Under the pieces are notes generated by a model that was given only the letters and a program-made list of their open reading frames with translations, was not told where the DNA came from and ran no database searches. From positions 10,868-74,867 of the forward strand of contig CAIZMI010000021.1 in NCBI GenBank assembly GCA_903934015.1: a stretch of 64,000 nucleotides of DNA, written 5' to 3'. Made by a program: the position numbers and the translations under genes. The stretch comes from an uncultured bacterium (GTDB taxonomy: Bacteria > Patescibacteriota > Andersenbacteria > UBA10190 > CAIZMI01). This document shows positions 48,797 through 58,048 of this stretch, piece by piece (within the stretch, counting starts at the first letter, position 1; each line of letters begins with the position of its first letter).

Positions 48797-51700
48797 AAAT
48801 ACAGCAAAACGAAAATACCACATTAGGCAACGAATCTTATAGACCATTGCTAAAAGAAGTAAATTTTGACGAAGCGAAACAGTCACAGCTCCCGGCGATT
48901 GAAATGCTTTTGGCAATGGGTTACGAATATGTTTCTGTCGATGAGGCACTTCGGCAACGCGGGGGAGATATCGGCAATTTTATTCTCTCCAATGTCGCAA
49001 AAGAGAAATTGATGGAAATTAACGGGTACGAGGTGAACGGCGTGAAATATAAATTCAGCGAAAAAGATGTACAGGACGCGATTGATGAACTGGAGCATAT
49101 TCAATACGAAGGTCTAATCGATACGGCGCAGAAAATATACAACGTAATTATGCCGACGAGCGGTGGAAAAACGATCAAGGTTAGTATTGGCGGAAAAACC
49201 GTTTCCAAGAATTTTCGCTTTATCGATTTTGAAAATTTGGCAAACAATGTTTTTCACGTATCTGCGGAATTTGTCGCGTCCGGCAAACAAAATATTCGTC
49301 CTGATGTTGTTTGTTTTGTAAACGGTATTCCGTTTGCCGTAATCGAGAATAAAAAATCGAGTGTGAATGTTTCGGAAGCGATCAATCAAATGAATCGAAA
49401 TCAGGGGCCGGAATTTTGTCCGAAGCTTTTTACCTTCACGCAACTTTTAGTGGGGACAAATGGCAAAGAACTGGAATACGGGACAACGGGCACGCCGAAC
49501 AAATTTTATGTGGTCTGGAAAGAGAAGGGGATGGCGTTGGATAAAATTGATGCAAAATTGGCGACTTTGATCGCAAAGAAAATTAAGCCGGATATTTATG
49601 CGCAGATATTAACCGATTTGAATGGTTATACCAACGGGCACACACAGCGAACTGATCGCTTGCCAACCGAGCAGGACAGAGGAATTTTTGCGCTTTTTGA
49701 ACCAAAAAGACTTTTAGATTTGGCAAAAAATTATGTTTTGTTTGACGCGGGAATTAAAAAACTTTCTCGTTATCAGCAATATTTTGCGATTAATAAAATA
49801 TTAAATAGAATCAGGGAAGAAGAAACGATGCCAAATGGTACATCGAGACGCCGTGGTGGTTTGGTGTGGCACACGCAAGGATCCGGCAAGTCTTTAACGA
49901 TGGTGATGTTTGTCAAAGCGCTGATTGAAAATCAGGGGATAATTAATCCGCGAATTATCATTGTCACGGATCGGCGGGATTTGGATCGGCAGATTAAGGG
50001 AACTTTTAAGAATTGCAATTTAAAGAAAGAAGTAATTCAGGCGAAAAGTGGTCAGCATTTGTTGGAATTGATAAAAGAAAAAAACCTCGCGGTTATTACG
50101 ACAGTAATCGATAAGTTTGAGTCTGTGGCAAATAAGAACAAGAAGACATGTTTTGTTGATGCTGATAAAAATATCTTTGTGTTGGTTGACGAAGCGCATC
50201 GAAGTCAAAGCGGGATTGCCAATTTGGAGATGAATCGGATTATTCCGAACGCTTGTTATATCGGTTTTACCGGCACGCCGTTGATGAAAAAAGACCGTGA
50301 AAGCTGGAAAAAATTCGGCGGATACATTGATCAATACACGATTGACGACGCGTTGGCGGATAAAATTATTTTGCCGTTAATCTATGAGGGAAGATATGTC
50401 ACGATGGTGCAGAACGCGGAGCAGATTGATCGTCACGCCGAATATATCTCGGAGGATATTGTTAAGAAATTTGATACGAGTGCCGATTCAAAATTTCGAA
50501 CGCTACAGAAGCAAATTACGGCGGATGTTATCAAAAATAATCCTCAAAGAATCGAGGAAATTGCGCGTGATATAGAGAAACACTATTCCGAACATTTTAA
50601 AAATACCGGACTGAAAGCGCAAATTGTGGCCCCGTCCAAATTTTCGGCCATCAAATTTCAAAAGTTCTTCCAAGATCGTGGTAATTTATGCACGGCGGTG
50701 GTGATTTCTGATGAACATGATGATGGTGATGAAGAGGACACGCACAAGAAAGAAGTCGTTAATTATCTTGATACTGTTCGCAAAAAATACAGCAGTGTCG
50801 CCAAGTACGAGAAAGATGTGATTGATAGTTTTAAGTACAACGAGGATGGCATTGAGATTATTATTGTTGTTGATAAGTTGCTTACCGGCTTTGACGCGCC
50901 ACGCAACACCGTGCTTTACCTTGCAAAAGACCTGCGCGATCATAACTTGCTTCAGGCAATCGCCCGCGTGAATCGTTTGCATGAAAACAAGAAACGTCCC
51001 AAGACTGCCGGGTACATAATTGATTATTCGGAAAATGCCAAAAATATCGATACGGCGATGAAGTTGTTTGGCAATTACGATGAAAAAGATGTTAAAGGAA
51101 CGCTGATTGATGTTAAAGAGAAAGTACAGGAACTCGAGGAAGGTTATAGTCTTTTGCACGATATTTTTAAGGGGGTTGAAAGTACGACAGATGATGAAGC
51201 CTTTTTACGTTTTCTGGATGATGCGCCAAAACGAGAGATGTTTTATAAAGCGCTTAACGCGTTTATTAAGAATCTTAATGAATGTTTTGTGCTTCAGGAT
51301 TTTGTGCATGAATTTAAATATCTTGATATTTATACGCGGGAACTAAAAAAGTTTATGGAACTGCGTAAATCGGCCAGTCTAAAATATGCCGACCGCATTG
51401 ATTTGTCTGAATACAAGCAGGCACTGGTTAATATTTTGGACAAATACGTTGACGCTGAAGGTGTTGAACTTTTAACGAAGCAAATCAATATCACCGATCG
51501 TAAGCAATTTGAACAAGCGGTTGAAACATTGGGATCCGATAAATCAAAGGCGGAAGCCATTGCCGCGCAAACACAAAGAACGATTACGGAAAAAATGGAT
51601 TCGGATCCGGAATTCTATGACCGATTTTCCAAGAAAATTAGAGAAATCCTGCAGAAGATGTATGACGGAAAGATGGCGGATATTATCGCACTTAAACAGA

Positions 51701-52068
51701 TGAAACTTATCGAAGACGATGTTGTTGCAAAAAAAGACGCGAGTTTGCCGAAACCTATTGTCGCGGAAAAAGGTTCGGACGTATTCTTTCGCAATCTGCA
51801 TGGCTCATTTAATAAATTTAATTTGGAAGAGGAAGTTTATATCAGCTTGGTATTGGATATATTCCATATTGTAAAAGAAGAAGCAATTATCGACTGGCAC
51901 AATAATCTGGACGTAAAACGGCGCATGATTGGCGCAATTGATGATTTTCTTTATGACGTTGTTAAGCGGGAGCGGGGTGTTGACTTATCGGACGAGGACA
52001 TGAAAGCAATTATCGCGTCGGTAATGGCGCTTGCGGAGAACAATAATGGAATCTTTGTCGAATCTTAA
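48793..52068 (+). CDS. hsdR: type I restriction enzyme R subunit (HsdR)
   Basis: It has an N-terminal PD-(D/E)xK nuclease region and an SF2 helicase with motif I (GSGKSLT) and motif II (VLVDEAHRSQ). Length is 1091 aa. Confidence 0.9.
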   Translation: MKIQQNENTTLGNESYRPLLKEVNFDEAKQSQLPAIEMLLAMGYEYVSVDEALRQRGGDIGNFILSNVAKEKLMEINGYEVNGVKYKFSEKDVQDAIDELEHIQYEGLIDTAQKIYNVIMPTSGGKTIKVSIGGKTVSKNFRFIDFENLANNVFHVSAEFVASGKQNIRPDVVCFVNGIPFAVIENKKSSVNVSEAINQMNRNQGPEFCPKLFTFTQLLVGTNGKELEYGTTGTPNKFYVVWKEKGMALDKIDAKLATLIAKKIKPDIYAQILTDLNGYTNGHTQRTDRLPTEQDRGIFALFEPKRLLDLAKNYVLFDAGIKKLSRYQQYFAINKILNRIREEETMPNGTSRRRGGLVWHTQGSGKSLTMVMFVKALIENQGIINPRIIIVTDRRDLDRQIKGTFKNCNLKKEVIQAKSGQHLLELIKEKNLAVITTVIDKFESVANKNKKTCFVDADKNIFVLVDEAHRSQSGIANLEMNRIIPNACYIGFTGTPLMKKDRESWKKFGGYIDQYTIDDALADKIILPLIYEGRYVTMVQNAEQIDRHAEYISEDIVKKFDTSADSKFRTLQKQITADVIKNNPQRIEEIARDIEKHYSEHFKNTGLKAQIVAPSKFSAIKFQKFFQDRGNLCTAVVISDEHDDGDEEDTHKKEVVNYLDTVRKKYSSVAKYEKDVIDSFKYNEDGIEIIIVVDKLLTGFDAPRNTVLYLAKDLRDHNLLQAIARVNRLHENKKRPKTAGYIIDYSENAKNIDTAMKLFGNYDEKDVKGTLIDVKEKVQELEEGYSLLHDIFKGVESTTDDEAFLRFLDDAPKREMFYKALNAFIKNLNECFVLQDFVHEFKYLDIYTRELKKFMELRKSASLKYADRIDLSEYKQALVNILDKYVDAEGVELLTKQINITDRKQFEQAVETLGSDKSKAEAIAAQTQRTITEKMDSDPEFYDRFSKKIREILQKMYDGKMADIIALKQMKLIEDDVVAKKDASLPKPIVAEKGSDVFFRNLHGSFNKFNLEEEVYISLVLDIFHIVKEEAIIDWHNNLDVKRRMIGAIDDFLYDVVKRERGVDLSDEDMKAIIASVMALAENNNGIFVES

Positions 52069-52768
52069 TCGCAAATTCGTTTTTGGGTCATTTGAATATT
52101 GCTATGACTTGATTAAACAGGAACGAAAGACTTTGAGTCTTACGGTTACACCGAATTTACAGATTTTTTTGAAAAGTCCCAATCAAGCCGATAATAATCG
52201 CATTGATAAATTCCTGAAAAAGAAATGGTTCTGGCTTGAGAAACAGTTGGCGTATTTCCGAAAATTTCAGCGAAAACAATACAAAAAAGAATATGTTTCG
52301 GGTGAGAGCTTGTTTTATTTGGGGAAGCAATATCGTCTTCAAGTAAAACGAGGAAAAAATGAAAAAGTGTCTTTGTTGCGCGGATGCTTGTTAGTCATAA
52401 CGAAGAATTCGGTTTCTGACGGAGTGCACACAAAAAAATTAGTTACTAAATGGTTTGATGAGAAAACAAATAAAATTTTTAACGAGCGTTTTGAGGCAGT
52501 AAAAACATTGTTTGCTTATGATGAAATGCCAAAACTGGTTGTGAGAGATATGAAACGGCGGTGGGGAAGTTATAAAGATAATCATATAATCGGTCTCAAC
52601 CCCAAATTAATTCGTGTTCCAAAAGAGTGTATTGATTACGTCATCGCGCACGAAATGTGTCACGTGAAACATCGCGATCACGGAAAAGAATTTTATCGAT
52701 TATTAGAAAAAAAATATCCAAAATGGGAAAAAATTAAGGACAAGCTAGAGGAATTCGGGGTAAAGTAG
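52031..52768 (+). CDS. YgjP/DUF45-family metal-dependent hydrolase (M48-like HExxH peptidase fold), an hsdR-associated gene
   Basis: The C-terminal motif VIAHEMCHVKHRDHGKEFY matches the DUF45 zinc-binding motif. The family is characteristically linked to type I hsdR genes. Confidence 0.7.
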   Translation: MRRTIMESLSNLNRKFVFGSFEYCYDLIKQERKTLSLTVTPNLQIFLKSPNQADNNRIDKFLKKKWFWLEKQLAYFRKFQRKQYKKEYVSGESLFYLGKQYRLQVKRGKNEKVSLLRGCLLVITKNSVSDGVHTKKLVTKWFDEKTNKIFNERFEAVKTLFAYDEMPKLVVRDMKRRWGSYKDNHIIGLNPKLIRVPKECIDYVIAHEMCHVKHRDHGKEFYRLLEKKYPKWEKIKDKLEEFGVK

Positions 52769-52810
52769 TTTTTTGTGTTGCTCTCGCGCTACAAATAAAA
52801 AACACACACC

Positions 52811-53102
52811 AAAGGTAGCTCCGAAAAATTAGCCTGTTGGCAAATTTTTTGGAGTTCTTCGGTTCTTGTGCAAAACGACTCAACAGGACGTTGAGTCGTT
52901 TTGTGTACATTGTATGGTTTCGCTTAGCGAAACAAATCTCGAGTGCGCTCGGAGGGACTCGGCTTCGCCTCGGCTAGCCACCGGTAAGCGGTTCCGTTTC
53001 GACGGAACATCGCTTACCGTTCTCGTCCCTCTCGCAACACAAGCAGTTGTGTTGCTCTCGCGCTACATAAACAAACCGCACCAAAGTGCAGTTTGTTTAT
53101 TG
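52811..53102. other. E2: hairpin-rich conserved element immediately 3' of tRNA-Arg(TCT), homologous to E1
   Basis: It shares the 5' three-hairpin module (with covariation) and the core ctcgcaacacaagcagttgtgttgc with 15638..16079. It contains a 20-nt direct copy (tgcgctcggagggactcg) and an inverted T-arm-like copy of the adjacent tRNA 3' end. Confidence 0.5.
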
Positions 53103-53176
53103 TGCGCTCGGAGGGACTCGAACCCCCAACCTAGAGGTTAGAAACCTCTTGCTCTGTCCGGTTGAGCTACGAGCGC
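53103..53176 (-). tRNA. tRNA-Arg (anticodon TCT)
   Basis: The reverse complement GCGCTCGTAGCTCAACCGGACAGAGCAAGAGGTTTCTAACCTCTAGGTTGGGGGTTCGAGTCCCTCCGAGCGCA folds as a cloverleaf with anticodon loop TTTCTAA. Confidence 0.85.
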
Positions 53177-53384
53177 TTAAGCACAAATACTACTTTAAAC
53201 AAAGCATATTTTCAAGACACACAAGCTTGATTATTAAAGGAATTTGGAATAGTATTGCGATATTGGATTTTTAATTTCCAATAATAATTTGGTGGCTATG
53301 GTTCAAAAGCAGAACGTCCGGTTGTGGTCCGGGAGACGAGGGGGCGGTACCCTCTAGCCACCCATAGTGGAATTAATAAAGTGA

Positions 53385-53461
53385 GCCCCTGTAGCTCAGC
53401 TGGATAGAGCGCCTGGCTTCGGACCAGGAGGTCGTGGGTTCGAATCCTGCCGGGGGCACCA
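53385..53461 (+). tRNA. tRNA-Arg (anticodon TCG), with encoded CCA
   Basis: GCCCCTGTAGCTCAGCTGGATAGAGCGCCTGGCTTCGGACCAGGAGGTCGTGGGTTCGAATCCTGCCGGGGGCACCA has anticodon loop CTTCGGA. The T-stem contains two G-U pairs. Confidence 0.8.
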
Positions 53462-53778
53462 AGTAATATAAAACAGTCCCCTGGGACTGTTTTATATTAC
53501 TTCTAGAAGTACGGCAGGATTCGAAGGGAATGTAAAATAATTGAACTGCTTCAATTATTTTACATTCCCCGGCTTTCCCTACTACAAAATTCCTTCGAGC
53601 GAAGCGAGCGGAATTTTGTAGTAGGGAAAGGAGTCCTGCCGGAGACAAGCCACCTGCGTGTGTCGTGTGCGGATTCGAACGGCAATCGTTGTTTCGTTAG
53701 TAACGAAACCGATTGTCGGTGGCCAGAAAATTTTGTATCAACAAAAGTTTCGAGGCCGAATCCTGCCGGGGGCACCAA
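53462..53778 (+). other. E3: hairpin-rich element 3' of tRNA-Arg(TCG), ending in a 21-nt direct repeat of the tRNA 3' end
   Basis: A terminator-like hairpin lies at 53464..53500. Further in are an inverted T-arm copy (cggcaggattcgaa), two perfect 17-19 bp hairpins, and gaatcctgccgggggcacca repeated at 53757..53778. Confidence 0.5.
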
Positions 53779-53854
53779 AAATCAATCACGCTGTTGTTTC
53801 AAGTTATCGTCTATTAAAACACAGTAATTGGTGATATCGTGAAAAAATAAAAAT

Positions 53855-55066
53855 ATGGAAATAGATAAAGGGAAATTAGAAAATAATATTTGGAAACTCT
53901 ATCTATACGAAACTTTGTATAGCTTGATGTTTTACACTCCTATTATTGTTTTGTTTTATCAGAGTAACGGACTGAAACTAACCCAGATAATGATTTTGCA
54001 GTCTATCAGTTCTATTGTTTGGATATTGGCGGAAATTCCCACCGGTCATTTTGCCGATGTTATTGGCAGAAGAAAGTCATTGCTTTTGACGGGTATTTTC
54101 GCAACTTTAGCTATGACTATATATGCGTTTGGAAACAGTTTTTTCTATTTTCTATTTGCTGTTTTATCTTGGGCTTTAGCTGGTGCATTTGTCTCTGGTG
54201 CAGATTCAGCTTTTATGTATGACAACTTAAAAGCGTTAGGAAGAGAGCATTCCTATAAAAAAGTCTGGGGTAATGCAACTTTCTTTTATTTAATAGGAGT
54301 CGCTGTGGCGAGTATTGTTGGTGGTTTTTTGGGTGGCCATAATTTACGCTACCCGTTTTTTGCGATGATCCCATTCTATCTGCTACTGATTCTTGTTTCA
54401 CTTTCTTTTTATGAACCTAAGCATATTAGTGATTTGACGACTAAAAATTCCATATTTAATTCACTGGGATTAATAAAAAAGGCAATTTTTCATAACAAAG
54501 AAATACGATGGTTGCTTATTTATTCCGCGATTATTACTAGTGCTATTAGTGTTTCTTACTGGTTGTATCAGCCTTATCTAAAATTATCTGGTCTTAGTAT
54601 TGTTTATTTTGGCTTGGTATTTGCATCTTTTAATTTGATTAGCGCCGTTAGTGCTAAGTACTCGCACATTCTTGAGGAGAAATTGGGTCGTAAGGTTTCT
54701 TTGGCTTCATTATTTATCCTTACTAGCCTTGGATATTTATTAATGGGGAAAATAATTTTTATTTTTAGCTTTGTTTTTGCTTTTACTTTTCAATTTGTCA
54801 GCGGTTTTTCATCAGTAGTGATTTCTGATTATGTTCACAAAGAAATCGATTCAAGTGTTAGAGCAACTACATTTTCTATAAAAAGCTTTATTGACCATAT
54901 ATTTTATGTACTAATGGCGCCAATGGTTGGGTGGATAGTAGATGTGTATACTTTGCCACAGGCCTTGATGGTTATGGGTGTAATAGTTGGTGTTGTTGGA
55001 TGTATTATTATCGGTGCCATGATGTTTCCAGCAAAAGAGTTCAGTAATCGAAAACAGAGTGAGTAA
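53855..55066 (+). CDS. MFS transporter
   Basis: About 12 predicted TM helices and MFS-type loop motifs (GHFADVIGRRKSLL) are present. Confidence 0.8.
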   Translation: MEIDKGKLENNIWKLYLYETLYSLMFYTPIIVLFYQSNGLKLTQIMILQSISSIVWILAEIPTGHFADVIGRRKSLLLTGIFATLAMTIYAFGNSFFYFLFAVLSWALAGAFVSGADSAFMYDNLKALGREHSYKKVWGNATFFYLIGVAVASIVGGFLGGHNLRYPFFAMIPFYLLLILVSLSFYEPKHISDLTTKNSIFNSLGLIKKAIFHNKEIRWLLIYSAIITSAISVSYWLYQPYLKLSGLSIVYFGLVFASFNLISAVSAKYSHILEEKLGRKVSLASLFILTSLGYLLMGKIIFIFSFVFAFTFQFVSGFSSVVISDYVHKEIDSSVRATTFSIKSFIDHIFYVLMAPMVGWIVDVYTLPQALMVMGVIVGVVGCIIIGAMMFPAKEFSNRKQSE

Positions 55067-55093
55067 TCCGTCGTTTTCCTGTAAGATGCTTTT

Positions 55094-57166
55094 ATGGATC
55101 TAAACACACAGGTCGGTAATTTACCGGCCGTAAATGACAAAGTTGTTGCCGGACTTCGACGATTGGGGATTAAAAATTTACGTCAGCTTTTGTTTTATTT
55201 TCCAAATCGTCACGAGGATCGACGGGTGATAAGTAATGTACGTGATGTTGTTATTGGTAAGCAGTGCGTATTGCAGGGGAAAATAATAAAAATTAGCGGG
55301 GAAGCGACTTTTCGAAAAAGGCATGGAAGGGCAAAACAAGTTTTGATTACTAAGGCGTTATTCCAGGATGAGTCGGGAAGTATTCCATTGGTTTGGTTTC
55401 ATCAAAGATTTATCGAGAAAAATTTTCCCAAAGGAACGGAAGTCGTATTAGTTGGAACACCTTCAGAGGGGGACAGTGGAATATCAATTATTTCTCCGGA
55501 AGCGGAAAAAATTACCACTTTGCATCCGCCGGTTCATGCGGTGCGTTTTACTCCCATTTATTCTGAAACAGAAAATGTATCGTCGCGTTTTTTGCGATAT
55601 TTGGTGATGCGAGCATTGCCGTTAACACCAAAACTGATCGATTATCTGCCGGAAACAACAAGGGAAGAAGAGGGGCTGTTTAGTTTCAGTGACGCGATTA
55701 AGGGGATTCATTTTCCGGATTCGTTTGAAGAATTAACGTCTAGTCGCAAGCGTTTGGCTTTTGATGAGTTGTTTATTTTGCAATCGGCGTCATTGGTGCG
55801 CAAGAAAGAACGGTTGCAAGAAATCGGAATAAAATTAAAAATGTCGGAAGAAAAAATAAAAGTTGCCACGAAAAAATTGCCGTTTATTCTCACATCTTCG
55901 CAAGAAGAGGCAATAAAACAAATCGCGGGGGATATTGCAACTGCAGTGCCAATGAATCGTTTAGTAGCGGGAGATGTTGGTTCAGGCAAAACAGTGGTGG
56001 CCGGAATGGCTGCTCTTATTGCCAAAGAAAATGGTGCGCAGACAGCGCTTGTGGCACCGACAGAAATTTTAGCGACCCAGCACGCAGAGGGATTAGCAAA
56101 AATTTTTGAACCGATGGGTCTTCGTGTGGCGCTTTTGACTGGTTCGTTGAGAGTGAGCGAGCGAAACGCGGTTGCTGACGGCGTATTTTCCGGTGAGATT
56201 GATTTGTTGGTTGGTACGCATGCTTTATTTCATGCTGATCTGAATTTTAGGAAGCTTGGACTGGTCGTTGTTGATGAACAGCACCGGTTCGGCGTTGATC
56301 AGCGTGATGAATTAGTTAAAGGGGGCGAGGGTCAGCCTACTCCGCATTTTCTCTCACTTACGGCCACGCCAATTCCGCGCACGTTACAACTAACAGCTTA
56401 TGGTGATGTGGATGTTACTCCGCTTGATAGTCGGCCAGGGCAACAAGTAGTAAAAACAGAGGTTGTTCCGCCTGATCGGCGCGATGAGGTTTATCGATTA
56501 CTGGCTGATCGGATGAAAAATAAGGAACAAGTTTTTGTTATATGTCCGCGAGTGGAAGAGGTTGACGATGAAGAAGATGACACTAAATCGGTCATTACCG
56601 AATATAAAAAATTAATGTCCGTGGTTTTTCCTGATTTTCGAGTAGGAATGGTGCATGGTAAGTTGCCGTCGGATGAAAAACGCCAAATTTTGACAGATTT
56701 TCGTGACGGAAAATTGGATTTATTGGTGGCCTCGTCGGTTGTTGAAGTGGGAGTTGATATCCCCAACGCCACGGCGCTTCTTATCGAAGGTGCGGAAAGA
56801 TTTGGTTTAGCTCAGTTGCATCAATTTAGGGGACGTGTTGGGCGTCGTGGTCAGGAGGCTGTTTGTTATCTGGCAAGTGAAAGTCAGGACGATGTTGTTT
56901 TGAGTCGTCTGACAATTTTGGAAAATCTATCTAACGGATTGCAAATTGCGGAAGAGGACTTAAAACGTCGAGGGGCGGGGGAGATATACGGAACGCGTCA
57001 ATCCGGGGGTGTAAAACTTAAGGTTGCCAATATCGCTGATGTGCCGTTTTTGCTAAATGTTCGCAAGGCTGCGGAAAAACTTTTAGATCGTGACCCGGAA
57101 TTAAAAACAGCCGATTTGATTAAGAAAAGAATAGCGCAATTGAACGTCACGACGCATTTTGAATGA
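55094..57166 (+). CDS. recG: ATP-dependent DNA helicase RecG
   Basis: A wedge domain is followed by an SF2 helicase with motifs GDVGSGKT and VVVDEQHRFG and a TRG motif region. Confidence 0.9.
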   Translation: MDLNTQVGNLPAVNDKVVAGLRRLGIKNLRQLLFYFPNRHEDRRVISNVRDVVIGKQCVLQGKIIKISGEATFRKRHGRAKQVLITKALFQDESGSIPLVWFHQRFIEKNFPKGTEVVLVGTPSEGDSGISIISPEAEKITTLHPPVHAVRFTPIYSETENVSSRFLRYLVMRALPLTPKLIDYLPETTREEEGLFSFSDAIKGIHFPDSFEELTSSRKRLAFDELFILQSASLVRKKERLQEIGIKLKMSEEKIKVATKKLPFILTSSQEEAIKQIAGDIATAVPMNRLVAGDVGSGKTVVAGMAALIAKENGAQTALVAPTEILATQHAEGLAKIFEPMGLRVALLTGSLRVSERNAVADGVFSGEIDLLVGTHALFHADLNFRKLGLVVVDEQHRFGVDQRDELVKGGEGQPTPHFLSLTATPIPRTLQLTAYGDVDVTPLDSRPGQQVVKTEVVPPDRRDEVYRLLADRMKNKEQVFVICPRVEEVDDEEDDTKSVITEYKKLMSVVFPDFRVGMVHGKLPSDEKRQILTDFRDGKLDLLVASSVVEVGVDIPNATALLIEGAERFGLAQLHQFRGRVGRRGQEAVCYLASESQDDVVLSRLTILENLSNGLQIAEEDLKRRGAGEIYGTRQSGGVKLKVANIADVPFLLNVRKAAEKLLDRDPELKTADLIKKRIAQLNVTTHFE

Positions 57167-57374
57167 TTTATGAATGACGATTTATGAGGCGCGCGTTGTG
57201 AAATTCGTGAGATGTTATTAGTGATTGACATTTGTGGTTTATATTATTAGTATAAGTTCTTGTGGTAGCTTTTTGGCTACGTGTTGATTGTTCATTTTTC
57301 ATTAGGTAAGAAAGGGGAATATTTTCGGACTTGTTTGCGTTCAGTTTGGATGAGAATCAAAACAAGAGGAAATC

Positions 57375-57989
57375 ATGACAGAAGAAAGAGAATACGGTAA
57401 TTTTTATTCGTTCGATCAATTGCTCGCCATTGTTCGAGAGCGAGGACTTCACAGTGGAGGAGCGCTATTTTGTGCACCTCCGAAGAGCGGGCGGAAGAAA
57501 AAGAGAACCGTTATTATCTCGGCGGGGGAATTGTCCGGGTTGCGCTGTTGCGCCTGTGGTTGCCACTTTTTTCGGGGTGGAAATGCGGGTAAGAATGAAG
57601 AGGTTGTGGTTCTCCGTGATCAAGATGCGAAAATTCTAGTTCCGTTGTGTGATTTGTGTGTGTGTCGGCAAGATCGACAAGGGGACGAAGAACAACAGAT
57701 CACCACTGCCGGCGTGGATTTGAAGGTCGGAGAAGAAGGCCAGATCACGACTGAAAATGGCGAACATTGTGAAATGGTGGTGGGCGGAACAACTGTAGTC
57801 GTGACGTCGGAATTCACCCCTAGCTGTCGTAGCTCGATCATTTCAGTTGCTGGTGTGAAGGATGATGACCTTCTGTCAAAGAAAAGCAAATCAAACGGAG
57901 GAACTCCTGCCAAGTGTTTGAGGAGGGAAAGGGTGTCCGGCGCCACGGCGATTCGTCGCAGTTGTCGAAGACGAGGTGTCCGCAAGTAG
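57375..57989 (+). CDS. hypothetical protein (Cys-rich, GC-rich segment)
   Basis: The ORF lies in a local GC-rich patch. It has CxxC motifs but no recognisable family, and alternative frames exist. Confidence 0.25.
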   Translation: MTEEREYGNFYSFDQLLAIVRERGLHSGGALFCAPPKSGRKKKRTVIISAGELSGLRCCACGCHFFRGGNAGKNEEVVVLRDQDAKILVPLCDLCVCRQDRQGDEEQQITTAGVDLKVGEEGQITTENGEHCEMVVGGTTVVVTSEFTPSCRSSIISVAGVKDDDLLSKKSKSNGGTPAKCLRRERVSGATAIRRSCRRRGVRK

Positions 57990-58048
57990 CAACAGTGCGT
58001 GCCGTATGAGGATAGCCGGTGAGAGATTAACGTCTCCTCCGGTTTTTT

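Noticed and set aside
52866-53141. ORF 52866..53141 (91 aa) and neighbours 53086..53274, 53373..53648, 53560..53778
   Set aside because: They overlap the tRNA genes and the hairpin-rich trailers E2 and E3. Their translations merely read through the palindromes.
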